Shown piece after piece: positions 9,420 through 19,028 of a stretch of 64,000 bases of DNA. The stretch is from a virus (taxonomy: Duplodnaviria; Caudoviricetes): positions 10,891 through 74,890 of IMG/VR virus record IMGVR_UViG_3300020049_005939. One strand, 5' to 3'. A program made the translations under genes and the position numbers. The notes below the pieces were generated by a model. That model was not told where the DNA came from. It made no database searches and saw nothing but the letters and a program-made list of their open reading frames with translations. The first letter of the stretch is position 1. Every line of letters starts with the position of its first letter.

Positions 9420-9907
9420 TGAGTAATAAATGTAAAGTTAAAAGCTGTAAAAAAACTTCTCGTAGATTGGGCAGGTGTTACCAACACATGTCTTTGCCTA
9501 TGAAAAAAGTTTTACTAGCTAAAGAAACCGCTAATTCTTATTTGTACGAGAAAACCGTTAACGGATTTCTTATGAGGGCATATAGAAATATGACTTCAAG
9601 AGTAAAAGGTATTCAAAAAAATAAAGCACATCTTTATGTGGGTAAACCAATTCTTTCTAAAGAAGATTTTTATAATTGGTCTAGAAATAACCCAGATTTT
9701 CTTAGATTGTATAAACTGTGGACTTCGGCCAATTACGATAGACGGTTAACTCCTTCAGTTAATAGAGTAGATTCGAAAAAAGGTTACACCTTAAATAACA
9801 TGGAATGGATTACTAATTCGCAAAATTCAGCCTTGTCTTCGGTAACAAGAAAACTTAAGGATAAAGAACGTCAACAAATCTATAAAGTATTAGGAGTTGG
9901 AAAATGA
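9419..9907 (+). CDS. HNH-like endonuclease
   Basis: PSVNRVDSKKGYTLNNMEWIT resembles the SIDRIDxxKGYxxxNxxW motif. Confidence 0.65.
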   Translation: MSNKCKVKSCKKTSRRLGRCYQHMSLPMKKVLLAKETANSYLYEKTVNGFLMRAYRNMTSRVKGIQKNKAHLYVGKPILSKEDFYNWSRNNPDFLRLYKLWTSANYDRRLTPSVNRVDSKKGYTLNNMEWITNSQNSALSSVTRKLKDKERQQIYKVLGVGK

Positions 9908-10650
9908 AAAAAAATAAATTAGAAAAGATTCTTATTGTTAGTGATACCCATCGACCTTACCATAATAAAAAAGCGTGGGCTTTGATGCTAAGGGCAGCAA
10001 AAGAATTCAAACCTGATACGGTTGTGATTATGGGAGACTACGCAGATTTTTTTGACGTGTCTTCCCACTCTAAAAGTCCTGAACGTCGGTTTCAATTAGC
10101 TGAAGAGATTGCCGATGTGAAGGTCGGCCTACAAGAATTGAAAGATCTGGGAGCAAGTAGACAAATTTTTATTGAAGGTAACCACGAAAATAGACTAGTT
10201 CGGTACCTAGCCGATAAAGCTCCCGAACTGTTTAAACTAATTAACATACCTGATATTTTAGAACTTAAGAAGTTTGACTTTGAATATGTTCCTTATAAAG
10301 AATACACCACTATTGGTAAGATGAATTTTACCCACGATCTAGGACAAGCAGGCAGAACGGCTCACCTAAAGGCTTTGGATAGCTTCCAAGACAATATTAT
10401 CATTGGACATGTTCATCGTATGCATTACTCTGTTGAAGGCGATGCTAAGGGCGTTAAGCATCTCGGAGCTTCATTTGGTTGGCTTGGTGATGAAAATGAA
10501 GTTGATTATATGCATAAGGCAAAGATTAAACGCGAATGGTGTTTAGGATTTGGTATTGCATACCATAATAAAACTACTGGCAATGTTTATGCTGTTCCAG
10601 TTCCTATTATTGAAAATACTTGTCTTATTGAGGGTAAATTAATTAAATGA
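9904..10650 (+). CDS. calcineurin-like metallophosphoesterase
   Basis: SDTH, GDYAD, GNHE, THD, GHVH. Confidence 0.85.
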   Translation: MKKNKLEKILIVSDTHRPYHNKKAWALMLRAAKEFKPDTVVIMGDYADFFDVSSHSKSPERRFQLAEEIADVKVGLQELKDLGASRQIFIEGNHENRLVRYLADKAPELFKLINIPDILELKKFDFEYVPYKEYTTIGKMNFTHDLGQAGRTAHLKALDSFQDNIIIGHVHRMHYSVEGDAKGVKHLGASFGWLGDENEVDYMHKAKIKREWCLGFGIAYHNKTTGNVYAVPVPIIENTCLIEGKLIK

Positions 10651-11268
10651 TTAAGTTCATTTACACAGAAGGGTCAAAATTTTATATTGTCGGCGAAATC
10701 TGTGTAAGAAAATTATTATATGAAACTGAAGAAATATATGATGACGAACGACTTAGAAATCTTATGGTTCACAATCACTATTTCAACAATACAGTTTACG
10801 CCATTGAATGTAATCCAGATAAAGAGCATAGATACTTTATTCCTGGGGATCTGACCGGTAGCGTTGCTTCAATTGTATCAGAAGAATTATTCCGGCATCA
10901 TTGGAAAGAATATAGACTAAAACAGAAAATGAAGGACATATTCAATGAGTAACCAAAACTATTACACCGTTTATTCCCATGCCGTATCCTCTAACGATAT
11001 CACCATTGGAACTTCAAGTACAACACCAAATACAAATTTATCAGTGGAGGACCATTTACGACGCGAGTTAAAATCAACGTCCTTAAATTTTAAAGATTTT
11101 AGAATGAGATATGTAACAAATGATTACCCATCGGCTTATAATAGTTTTTATGAATATAAATTTGTAAATGAACATACTGAATATAGATATAAAACAACTT
11201 ACGATTTAATATCCTTTATTAAAGAAGAACAAATGAAAGAACTTATGAAAGAGACATTTAATGAGTGA
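10647..11268 (+). CDS. two small proteins with shared C-terminal helix (10647-10952, 10945-11268)
   Basis: End YRLKQKMKDIFNE and EQMKELMKETFNE. Confidence 0.7.
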
Positions 11269-11566
11269 GCAAGGCGGAACAAAATTTGATCAGGATAAGT
11301 CCCAATGGCACTTACTACCATTCGATGCTTTAGAAGATGTAATTAAAATTTTAGAACTAGGACAAGTAAAATACGGTAAATTTAATTGGAAAAAAGGATT
11401 TACACGTAGTAGACTAGTCGATGCTACATTTAGACACTTGACAAGTTACGTAAGTGGTGATAGGATTGATAAAGAATCGGGATGCTCGCATTTAGCACAT
11501 GCGGTATGTAACCTACTTTTCATGATTTCATTAGAAAAAACAAATAAGTTAGAGGAAGATATATGA
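11261..11566 (+). CDS. dATP/dGTP diphosphohydrolase domain protein (DUF5664-like)
   Basis: GTKFDQDK..W.LLP, KYG..NW.KG, SG..HLAHA.CN. Confidence 0.85.
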   Translation: MSEQGGTKFDQDKSQWHLLPFDALEDVIKILELGQVKYGKFNWKKGFTRSRLVDATFRHLTSYVSGDRIDKESGCSHLAHAVCNLLFMISLEKTNKLEEDI

Positions 11567-12058
11567 ATCTTAGTAAAATACAAGAAATATCCTTAGAAAA
11601 TGTTGGACCAGAGGTTAGCAGGGAATTAAATAGAATTGAACAACTAGTATCAAGTAGAGCATACGAAGGACATTTTAATGTCGAAGCGTCTACACACGCG
11701 GACCTTCTTGATCGAATTAAAACTCACCTAGAATTTGACGGGTTTAAAATACAAACACTTAGATTTGAACTTAATGGATTAACACATATCCTAATCGACT
11801 GGAGTAAATAATATGAACGCAAGAGAAGCAAATAAATTAATGAAACTAACTAGAGAAAACGCAGTTCAAAAAGAACTAAATGGCATCTTTGCTGAAATTA
11901 AAGAGGCTTTAGATGTTGGACTAGACAATATTAATAAAGACATTAAATATGGAGAGGATACAACATCTCTTCTTAGAGAACTTAATTACTTAGTTACTAA
12001 TAACATTACTTCATATCCTTTGGCCACAAGCGTTAATATTTCATGGAGAAACGTATGA
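11563..12058 (+). CDS. two small proteins ending I[DS]W (11563-11811, 11813-12058)
   Basis: End ILIDWSK and VNISWRNV. Confidence 0.55.
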
Positions 12059-12498
12059 TTTTAAAAGTTGTTAAATTAAACAGTGAAGCTGTTACGCCAA
12101 CTAGAAACTATCATGACGACGCTGGGCTTGATCTACATGCCCTTCATGACACCTTTATTCCTTTAGGAAAAACGGTATTAGTTAAAACTGGGATTGCTAT
12201 TAATATTCCAATTGGTCATGTCGGTAAGATCGAAGATCGCTCTAGCATGGCCCTTAAAGGTATTCGAACTGGAGCTGGGGTCATTGACCCAGGTTACACG
12301 GGAGAAATTGGGGTTGTACTACATAATTTGAACAACCAGCAAGACCACAATATCGGTCGATTAGGTTTTACGGTTAAGGTCGGCGATAAAATTGCACAAC
12401 TACTTCTACTTGAAACTAGAACATTTGAATTAGTTGTTCAAGATACTTTGGATACAACTCCTAGATCAAATTCAGGATTTGGCAGTTCAGGTCGTTAA
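12055..12498 (+). CDS. dut: trimeric dUTPase
   Basis: DAGLDL, RSS, GVIDPGYTGEI, KIAQL, RSNSGFGSSG; ATGA-overlap start at 12055. Confidence 0.92.
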   Translation: MILKVVKLNSEAVTPTRNYHDDAGLDLHALHDTFIPLGKTVLVKTGIAINIPIGHVGKIEDRSSMALKGIRTGAGVIDPGYTGEIGVVLHNLNNQQDHNIGRLGFTVKVGDKIAQLLLLETRTFELVVQDTLDTTPRSNSGFGSSGR

Positions 12499-12520
12499 TA
12501 AATAGAAACGAGTTTACTCC

Positions 12521-12682
12521 TTGGGTAAAAAACAAAAACAGAATAAAATTGAAGCCGCTATTAAAGGTAAATGTCCTAAGTGTTATGATGGTAAATTAAT
12601 TACTATTGAGCTACCTGGGCGAAGTTTAAGAAAATGCGATAACTGTAATTATCGAGAAAAAGCAGTGCTACATCGTGATTAG
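12521..12682 (+). CDS. small C4 zinc-ribbon protein
   Basis: TTG start; KCPKC...KCDNC; read by hand. Confidence 0.5.
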   Translation: MGKKQKQNKIEAAIKGKCPKCYDGKLITIELPGRSLRKCDNCNYREKAVLHRD

Positions 12683-13019
12683 TAAACGAGCCTTTGTTAT
12701 TGCAACACTAAGACGCGCTAGTTATAGGTGGCCCGCTAGAACCGAGGCAATGAGACTTGCTAGGGTTGAGCGCGGGCTATACAAATGCGCTATGTGTACA
12801 AAAGTTCACACTAGATCTAATATTCAATTAGACCACATATTACCTGTCATATCTCTAAAAGGGTTTAAGACGTGGGATGAGTACATTGATCGACTCCTAT
12901 GCGATCCTGAAGGCTTTCAGGTACTTTGTAGGCCCTGCCACGACGCGAAAACTAAAGGTGAAAATAGTTTAAGAAAACAATTGACAAAATCAACTAGAAA
13001 GGTTAAGCTTAAAAAATGA
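12675..13019 (+). CDS. HNH endonuclease
   Basis: CAMC, LDHILPV, QVLCRPCH. Confidence 0.85.
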   Translation: MISKRAFVIATLRRASYRWPARTEAMRLARVERGLYKCAMCTKVHTRSNIQLDHILPVISLKGFKTWDEYIDRLLCDPEGFQVLCRPCHDAKTKGENSLRKQLTKSTRKVKLKK

Positions 13020-13141
13020 ACGATATTAGTTTAAAAACAATGATTAAGTTATCAGTAGTATTTTATTTAACACATGGTGCAATTACCTTTGCTGGACTTG
13101 TTTTAATTGGCCTATTAAGTTCTTTGAAAGGATAATTCGTA

Positions 13142-13900
13142 ATGAATATTAAAAATTTTATTTTATCAGTTTCAGTGGGAGTAGCGTTGACTACTCTCCT
13201 TTTCTCTTTAAGGGATGTTCAAGTCCTCCAATCCCCATCTCTTAAAGATGATGTCATTCGGGTAGCTCTTCCCCCTTCTACCCAACCATCAGCTATTCCC
13301 ACTGACCCCCTATCTGGAGCTAAAGTTATTAAAAAGCTTCAACTAAACACCGATCGAGTGGTAAATTTATCTGGTCCTATTATGGACTCGCACGTTGCTG
13401 TTGAGATTTCTAGCAAATCTTCTTCAGAAGAACCTCTGTATGTTTTAATTAATTCACCTGGAGGCTCTATTTTAGCGGGAGAACAGATTTTATCCGCAAT
13501 CGAATCGTCTAAGTCTCCAGTCTACACGGTTTGTATTGGAGTATGTGCTTCTATGGCAGCGATTATCTCTCAGTATGGTAAAGAACGATATGGAGTAGAC
13601 CGAAGTGTTCTTATGTTCCACGACGCTGCTGGTGGGGTTCAAGGTTATCTTCCACATATGACCTCTCTAATTGAGATGCTTAATAAGAAAATTGATAAAA
13701 TGGACTCTTTTATAGCTAGACGAGCAGGATTGTCTTTAGATGCCTTTAAAGCTGAACAATCAAAAAATATCTGGATTGATTCGGAAGATGCTGTCCGTCG
13801 TAATTTTCTAGACTCATTAGTTAGTCTTAATCAAGATATCATTAAACAAGAAGCTACCCCAACGGAGAATAGAACTAAACAATTCTATTTGAATAATTAA
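13142..13900 (+). CDS. clpP: ClpP-like protease with N-terminal membrane anchor/signal
   Basis: INSPGGS, CASMAA (Ser), MFHDAAGG (His); hydrophobic residues 5-22. Confidence 0.8.
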   Translation: MNIKNFILSVSVGVALTTLLFSLRDVQVLQSPSLKDDVIRVALPPSTQPSAIPTDPLSGAKVIKKLQLNTDRVVNLSGPIMDSHVAVEISSKSSSEEPLYVLINSPGGSILAGEQILSAIESSKSPVYTVCIGVCASMAAIISQYGKERYGVDRSVLMFHDAAGGVQGYLPHMTSLIEMLNKKIDKMDSFIARRAGLSLDAFKAEQSKNIWIDSEDAVRRNFLDSLVSLNQDIIKQEATPTENRTKQFYLNN

Positions 13901-13901
13901 T

Positions 13902-14177
13902 ATGGATCTTACCCAAGTTCTTCTTTTAGTAATCGCTGGTCTAGGAACCTGGTTGTTCTTTGAACGCAGGAACAATGGGGAACTTGGGTCCACTATTAAT
14001 AAATTAAATACTCTAGATAAACTTAAAGATTTAACACACGCTACTGAAAAGACCGAAGAACAACTTAAAGCTGAAGAAGCTGATAGACAAGAAATTATCA
14101 ATAAGCTAAATAAATTAGCAGAGAAGGCTTCAATTGAAGACATTAAAAAATTCTTTAATACTCCTGATAAGTCTTAA
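13902..14177 (+). CDS. N-terminally anchored coiled-coil membrane protein (possible spanin component)
   Basis: Single N-terminal TM followed by a charged helix. Confidence 0.4.
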   Translation: MDLTQVLLLVIAGLGTWLFFERRNNGELGSTINKLNTLDKLKDLTHATEKTEEQLKAEEADRQEIINKLNKLAEKASIEDIKKFFNTPDKS

Positions 14178-14538
14178 TCTTGTAGCAGGATCATCCTTTG
14201 CTGAAGAGAAAGTCGATTACCTTGAAAAAGGTACCCCGATGCCCTACTCTGGGTTTGTTTTCCCAGTCTCTAAGGCTCAGGATTGCCGCCTAGCTCTAAT
14301 CGAGAAAGAGCAATACGAAGCTATTAAGGCTTCTTACGACCGAAGCATTAAGCTTTACAAGACGACTGAACGAATCAGTGATGACAAGATGCTTGCTCTC
14401 AGTCAAGAAAACTTTAACTTGAGTACTCAATTATCAGAAACAAAAAGTTCTAGCCAATACTCCAACATTCTGTGGTTTGGCTTAGGAGTTCTCGCTACTG
14501 GATTATCCATATATGGGGCGAAACAAATTATTAAATAA
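14134..14538 (+). CDS. signal peptide + coiled coil + C-terminal TM protein (possible spanin component)
   Basis: Signal ending SSFA|EE; C-terminal LWFGLGVLATGLSIY; overlaps the previous gene. Confidence 0.4.
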   Translation: MKTLKNSLILLISLNLVAGSSFAEEKVDYLEKGTPMPYSGFVFPVSKAQDCRLALIEKEQYEAIKASYDRSIKLYKTTERISDDKMLALSQENFNLSTQLSETKSSSQYSNILWFGLGVLATGLSIYGAKQIIK

Positions 14539-15196
14539 AGCTTCCGAAGAAGATCTTCTAAAGTTATTAGAAGAAGGAGCATCGGAACTAGTCATCGAAA
14601 ATACTACAGACATTGTAGATTTTCTAGGTGAATTTAAATTAGAACCAGGTAATAGCCGGATTTACATACCGACTCTTTATAAACTCTATCTGTCCTGGTC
14701 AGATATTAAACTTGGTATAGTTGATTTTAAACTTCAACTAAGCAAGTTTTTGAGAGTAACTAATTATTACTTTCATGTGAATAAAAATGCTCTTACTTTT
14801 AAACGAGAAATACACAAGTTTTTATTTAAAACAAAGCAGTATAAGCTCGGATATAGACAGGCTTCTAAATTTAAAGCTTTTCTAAAAAGTAAAGAGATCG
14901 AAGGTGACGATCAATGGATGAGTGAAGTATGTCTTTACCATCTATTTGATAAATGGACCTTTGAACAAAATAAAAGTAATTTAATGAATAAGATAAGTTT
15001 TGCTGTATTGTGCAAGATTTATCTTCAATATAAAAAAATTGAAGGCATATACTATTTTCGTATTAGCGAAAAGGTTAATAAATATATGTCTAAAGAACAA
15101 CAACTAGAGATGATGCAACGTGACAAACAAAAAAAAGACAAGAAGATCAGACAAAAAGTATCCCGCCTTAGCAAAAGGTTTCAATCTAAAGCTTAG
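14513..15196 (+). CDS. hypothetical protein, possibly tandem winged-helix DNA-binding domains
   Basis: Two similar segments, LYKLYLSW and LYHLFDKW. Confidence 0.35.
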   Translation: MGRNKLLNKASEEDLLKLLEEGASELVIENTTDIVDFLGEFKLEPGNSRIYIPTLYKLYLSWSDIKLGIVDFKLQLSKFLRVTNYYFHVNKNALTFKREIHKFLFKTKQYKLGYRQASKFKAFLKSKEIEGDDQWMSEVCLYHLFDKWTFEQNKSNLMNKISFAVLCKIYLQYKKIEGIYYFRISEKVNKYMSKEQQLEMMQRDKQKKDKKIRQKVSRLSKRFQSKA

Positions 15197-15524
15197 ACAA
15201 GATCTAATTGATTACGATTATATCGATAAGCTTAATGATAAAGAGAAGAAATTCTTAAATCAGTTTACTGAAGAATACACTAATGCTTCTTTTAAGAAGG
15301 GTAAGCGTCCTTTAAATAAGAAGATTCAAACTGAGAAAGACTGTTACGATAGAAACAATGCTAGGAATAGATGCATCCTAACGCGAGCAAAGGCAGCGGG
15401 GGCAGTCATTAATGAACTTGATGACATGGCTAAGGTAGTCAAAAGAAAGACACATAACCCGGAGAATGAGTTAATAAATAAGATTGATAAGTCTAGGGAG
15501 CCGGAGGAAGGCGATCATTCTTAG
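15120..15524 (+). CDS. hypothetical basic protein
   Basis: Last + strand gene; overlaps the convergent holin. Confidence 0.55.
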   Translation: MTNKKKTRRSDKKYPALAKGFNLKLRQDLIDYDYIDKLNDKEKKFLNQFTEEYTNASFKKGKRPLNKKIQTEKDCYDRNNARNRCILTRAKAAGAVINELDDMAKVVKRKTHNPENELINKIDKSREPEEGDHS

Positions 15525-15888
15525 AGCCAAGTTGCTTCATGACTTCTTTGAAGATATCCATCCCTAATATTTCATTAGCGTTCTCGATAAGAGATTTAAA
15601 CTCAACCATACCAATTACGCCGCTAACTAAAGAGACAATAGAAATTGCGTTGCCAACTAGATTAATTTGGACTAAATATCCGGTTATAACAACTGTCTGA
15701 TATACAAACATTTTAGTTATAGTTCGACCTAAAGCAGCGGATGTTATCTTTTCTTTACGCTTATGAGCTGCCATTATCCCAGAAAGCATGTCAGCTACAA
15801 CTAAGATGCCTACAGTTATTAATATTGCTTTAATCGGTGCTAAAGCCGCTAAAGCTGATAAAGCAAGAGCAATCATCCATTGTTTCAT
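15493..15888 (-). CDS. holin (phage holin family 4-like)
   Basis: Three hydrophobic segments, DMLSGIMAA...ITS...K, EFKSLIEN; likely start MKQW at 15888. Confidence 0.75.
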   Translation of the reverse strand: MKQWMIALALSALAALAPIKAILITVGILVVADMLSGIMAAHKRKEKITSAALGRTITKMFVYQTVVITGYLVQINLVGNAISIVSLVSGVIGMVEFKSLIENANEILGMDIFKEVMKQLGSKNDRLPPAP

Positions 15889-15889
15889 A

Positions 15890-17710
15890 TTATTTCTCTT
15901 CCTTACCAAAGATGGCCTCGCGAGCCTTTGGGTTCTGTGATATACTAAAAATAGCAGCGTTTACTTTGCCCTGATCGCCAACTTGTAGCGCATCGGACAG
16001 CATTCTACTTAGGTTCTCCATACCAGAAACAGTACCTAATTCAGTACCAATTTCGGATAGTTTTTGCTTTGGAGCATTTGTTAAAGTTCTAACTTTGTTT
16101 TCTCCAGATTTAACTACTAATCCAACTTTGTTGGCAATACTGTAAGGAACACCTTTACTTACTAATGTTCCAAGTCCAATTTCTTTAACTGGGTTAAGAC
16201 CGGATTGTCTGTTTACACCAGCAATGTACTGAGCAATTGCAGCTTGGTCACTAGATTTTTGAAACCCTTTACCTAATTCCTTTACGTCGCCAAAGTTTTC
16301 AGCTACAATAGGATTAGTTTCTGATAAACCTGAAATGTTTTCTTTTAATTGGTTTAATAGATGTCGTTTTTTAGCTGAATTGTATCCAGATAGTCCAGCT
16401 TCTTCGATAGGACTTTGAATGGATTGTTGAAGTTTAAGGTCTGGGTTTTTTAAACGACCAAAACGAACACCACTAATCTCGGGGTCAATACCTTTACCAA
16501 TTAATGTCTCTGGAACCATCTTACGAAATTCGTCAAATTGTTCAAAAGCTTGTTTAATTTTAGGATCAGTCTTAAGAGTGGAAACAATACCCTGTCTAAA
16601 GTCCGTTAATAGTTTACGGGTCTTATTAGCTGAAGTACTATTGTCACCTCTTAGTGAACCAAGCATTTCGTCAGTTTTATCTCTAACGCTTAATAGTTCT
16701 TCAGGAGTAAGTTGTTTAGCTTTAACTTTACTTAGCAAGTTGGCAGCGTCCGGGTCGCCAAGAAAGGCGGGATTTTTCATTAAGTTATCATCAAGAGCAG
16801 ATGACATAGACTCAAGTTCAGGACCAATGTCAAACATTCGATTAGCGTCCTGGGCTTCTTTAACCGCATTACCAACCCGTTGACCAAGCATGTCGTCAGT
16901 TTGGGTAATCTTATCCATCAAAGACTGTGTGGCTTCAGTGGGTCTATTCAAGAACCCTTCCCCACGTCCCACATCTTTAGCAATGTTTGTTCCGGCTTTA
17001 CCTTCTTCGTAAGAAGCTTTTAGCTGTCTTAAAAAGGGTGCATCTTCTACAATACCGCTACCCATTTTACCCAGGTTCTCTACTCCCCTTTTAGCAGATC
17101 CTAGTCCAGAAGCAACACCGGAAATGGCAGCGCCCCCAGCACCAGCAATAGCAGCTCCTTGAGCCATGTCAGGAAGCATTCCCATGCCTTCTTGTTCAGA
17201 GCTTCCAGCTCCTTCAATAGCGCCAATGGGAGCCATTTCTAGAGCACTTGCGGCCATACGACCACCAATGCCTGATTCTAAAGCAGCACCCATCGCAGGG
17301 CTAAAGCGAGCGGCTAATCCAGCAGCAGCTTCTCCAGAACCAACCCCAGGCATAGCAACAGCAGGTAGCACGCTTCCAGCAACTAATCCTGTAGTGTAGG
17401 ATGCTGGGTTAGCTTTTTCAGCTTTTTTATACTTTTCTCGTTCAATATCACGATAAGTAGAATAAAGTTTAGCCAAATCCTGCATTTCATTTTCAGTGGT
17501 TCCAACGTCGTAAAGAGCTTTAGCTCCACCTGTTAGCTCGTCGGCAAACCCCGCCGATGCTCCCTGAGCAGCGCCCATCATGGCAGATTCAGCCATAGGC
17601 ATACCACTGTCAGCTTCAGCTTGACGTTCAGTGTAACCTTTAGTTTGATCAAACTTAGGCTTATCTAAAACTTGAAATGGTTTATTCGGATCAAACTTGG
17701 GTTTGTCCAT
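15890..17710 (-). CDS. internal virion/ejection protein
   Basis: KFDP repeats, Ala/Gly-rich helical sequence, last gene of the tail module. Confidence 0.6.
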   Translation of the reverse strand: MDKPKFDPNKPFQVLDKPKFDQTKGYTERQAEADSGMPMAESAMMGAAQGASAGFADELTGGAKALYDVGTTENEMQDLAKLYSTYRDIEREKYKKAEKANPASYTTGLVAGSVLPAVAMPGVGSGEAAAGLAARFSPAMGAALESGIGGRMAASALEMAPIGAIEGAGSSEQEGMGMLPDMAQGAAIAGAGGAAISGVASGLGSAKRGVENLGKMGSGIVEDAPFLRQLKASYEEGKAGTNIAKDVGRGEGFLNRPTEATQSLMDKITQTDDMLGQRVGNAVKEAQDANRMFDIGPELESMSSALDDNLMKNPAFLGDPDAANLLSKVKAKQLTPEELLSVRDKTDEMLGSLRGDNSTSANKTRKLLTDFRQGIVSTLKTDPKIKQAFEQFDEFRKMVPETLIGKGIDPEISGVRFGRLKNPDLKLQQSIQSPIEEAGLSGYNSAKKRHLLNQLKENISGLSETNPIVAENFGDVKELGKGFQKSSDQAAIAQYIAGVNRQSGLNPVKEIGLGTLVSKGVPYSIANKVGLVVKSGENKVRTLTNAPKQKLSEIGTELGTVSGMENLSRMLSDALQVGDQGKVNAAIFSISQNPKAREAIFGKEEK

Positions 17711-19026
17711 TATTCGTATTCTCCGGTAGCTTCGTTTAGAGTGTAAACATGGCCACCTTGTGTGACAGTTTTAGGTTTATTTAAAGATTGGGGTGATTTA
17801 GGTTCTTGAGAAGGAGATGACATATCTCTAAATTCTTCAACATCCTTACCAGATTTTTGAAGATTATTTAATTTAACATTCTTCATGCTTTGCACTTCTT
17901 TTACGAAGGCTTTAGCTTTAGATACGAAATTGTCATATGTGTCGGTTGATCTAGGTAAGTTTGCTTCTAAACGAGCAATCTCTTTCATGCCTGCCCCTGC
18001 ACCAGTAATTAATTTTCTATACGCATCTTGCATTCGACCTATTGTTGATCTAAATGCGACTTGTTCCGATGGAGTTAACATGTCTGGTATGCGACCATCG
18101 ACCGGACCAACCCATTCGGATTTATCTCCAAGAGATTCTAAAACATTTTGCATTTTAGTAGCAGACTCATCAAATTGTGAAATTTCTTCCACTTGTTTAG
18201 GATTAAGTTGAGCTTGCTTTTGGTGAACTTCATCTTGTCTGTCACGCTTGGCATCCATACGTTGCATAAGGGCTAATGCAAGATTTTGTTGTTTCGCTAG
18301 GCGATCATCTTGACGAATTTGTTGCTGAACAGCAGCAGGTAAAAGCTTTTCACCTATAGCAGCAGTGAAGTCACCTTTAACATTAACTCCGGTTCTAGCT
18401 AAATAATTTTTATACGCTTTTGAAATAGCACTATTAGGATCAAACTTTTGTTGCTCAATTTGTTTTTCAAAATCAGTAACAATACTCTGAGCTTGTTTAA
18501 TATTATTATCAAATTGTCGAAGAGCTGGTTCGCTAGGATTTGCCATCGCGATACCCGCACCAACAATAGAAGCAGATGCTCCTAATTGATTAGCAAGAGT
18601 AGCAATGTTTTTAGCTTTTTGAGCTTCGATTAAATGATCAACACTTCCCCTGTCGTCTTGACCCACATCAATACTGATAGGTTTAGATTCTTGTGGTTTA
18701 AGAAGTTTCATGATACGCTCCATCGAGGTATCTTGAACTTCTCTATTAGAAGGAGGTGCTACTGGAGCTTGGGGAGGGGGTAAAACTTGTTCATCCAAAG
18801 GCTGTAAAGAAGGTTGTGGAGAAGGTGCCCTAGCTTGGAGAACAGGTTCTTGAGGGACTTCAATAGGAAACCCTTGACTTACCGAAGATTGATTCATGTA
18901 AGGAGCTAAAGGATTAGCTTCTTCTACAGGTTGATTAACAACAGCATTTGGATCAAAGGCTTGTTGTATTTCAATTGGTAATTCATCTTCTTCAAATCTA
19001 TTGAGAAATCTATTGTAGTCGGCCAT
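17710..19026 (-). CDS. internal virion/ejection protein
   Basis: Pro/Gln-rich N-terminus, helical C-terminus, podovirus synteny. Confidence 0.55.
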   Translation of the reverse strand: MADYNRFLNRFEEDELPIEIQQAFDPNAVVNQPVEEANPLAPYMNQSSVSQGFPIEVPQEPVLQARAPSPQPSLQPLDEQVLPPPQAPVAPPSNREVQDTSMERIMKLLKPQESKPISIDVGQDDRGSVDHLIEAQKAKNIATLANQLGASASIVGAGIAMANPSEPALRQFDNNIKQAQSIVTDFEKQIEQQKFDPNSAISKAYKNYLARTGVNVKGDFTAAIGEKLLPAAVQQQIRQDDRLAKQQNLALALMQRMDAKRDRQDEVHQKQAQLNPKQVEEISQFDESATKMQNVLESLGDKSEWVGPVDGRIPDMLTPSEQVAFRSTIGRMQDAYRKLITGAGAGMKEIARLEANLPRSTDTYDNFVSKAKAFVKEVQSMKNVKLNNLQKSGKDVEEFRDMSSPSQEPKSPQSLNKPKTVTQGGHVYTLNEATGEYE

Positions 19027-19028
19027 AA

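Noticed and set aside
11261-11566. Z-genome or 7-deazaguanine DNA modification system
   Set aside because: The diphosphohydrolase alone is insufficient; no PurZ, DpdA, QueC/FolE or own polymerase recognised.
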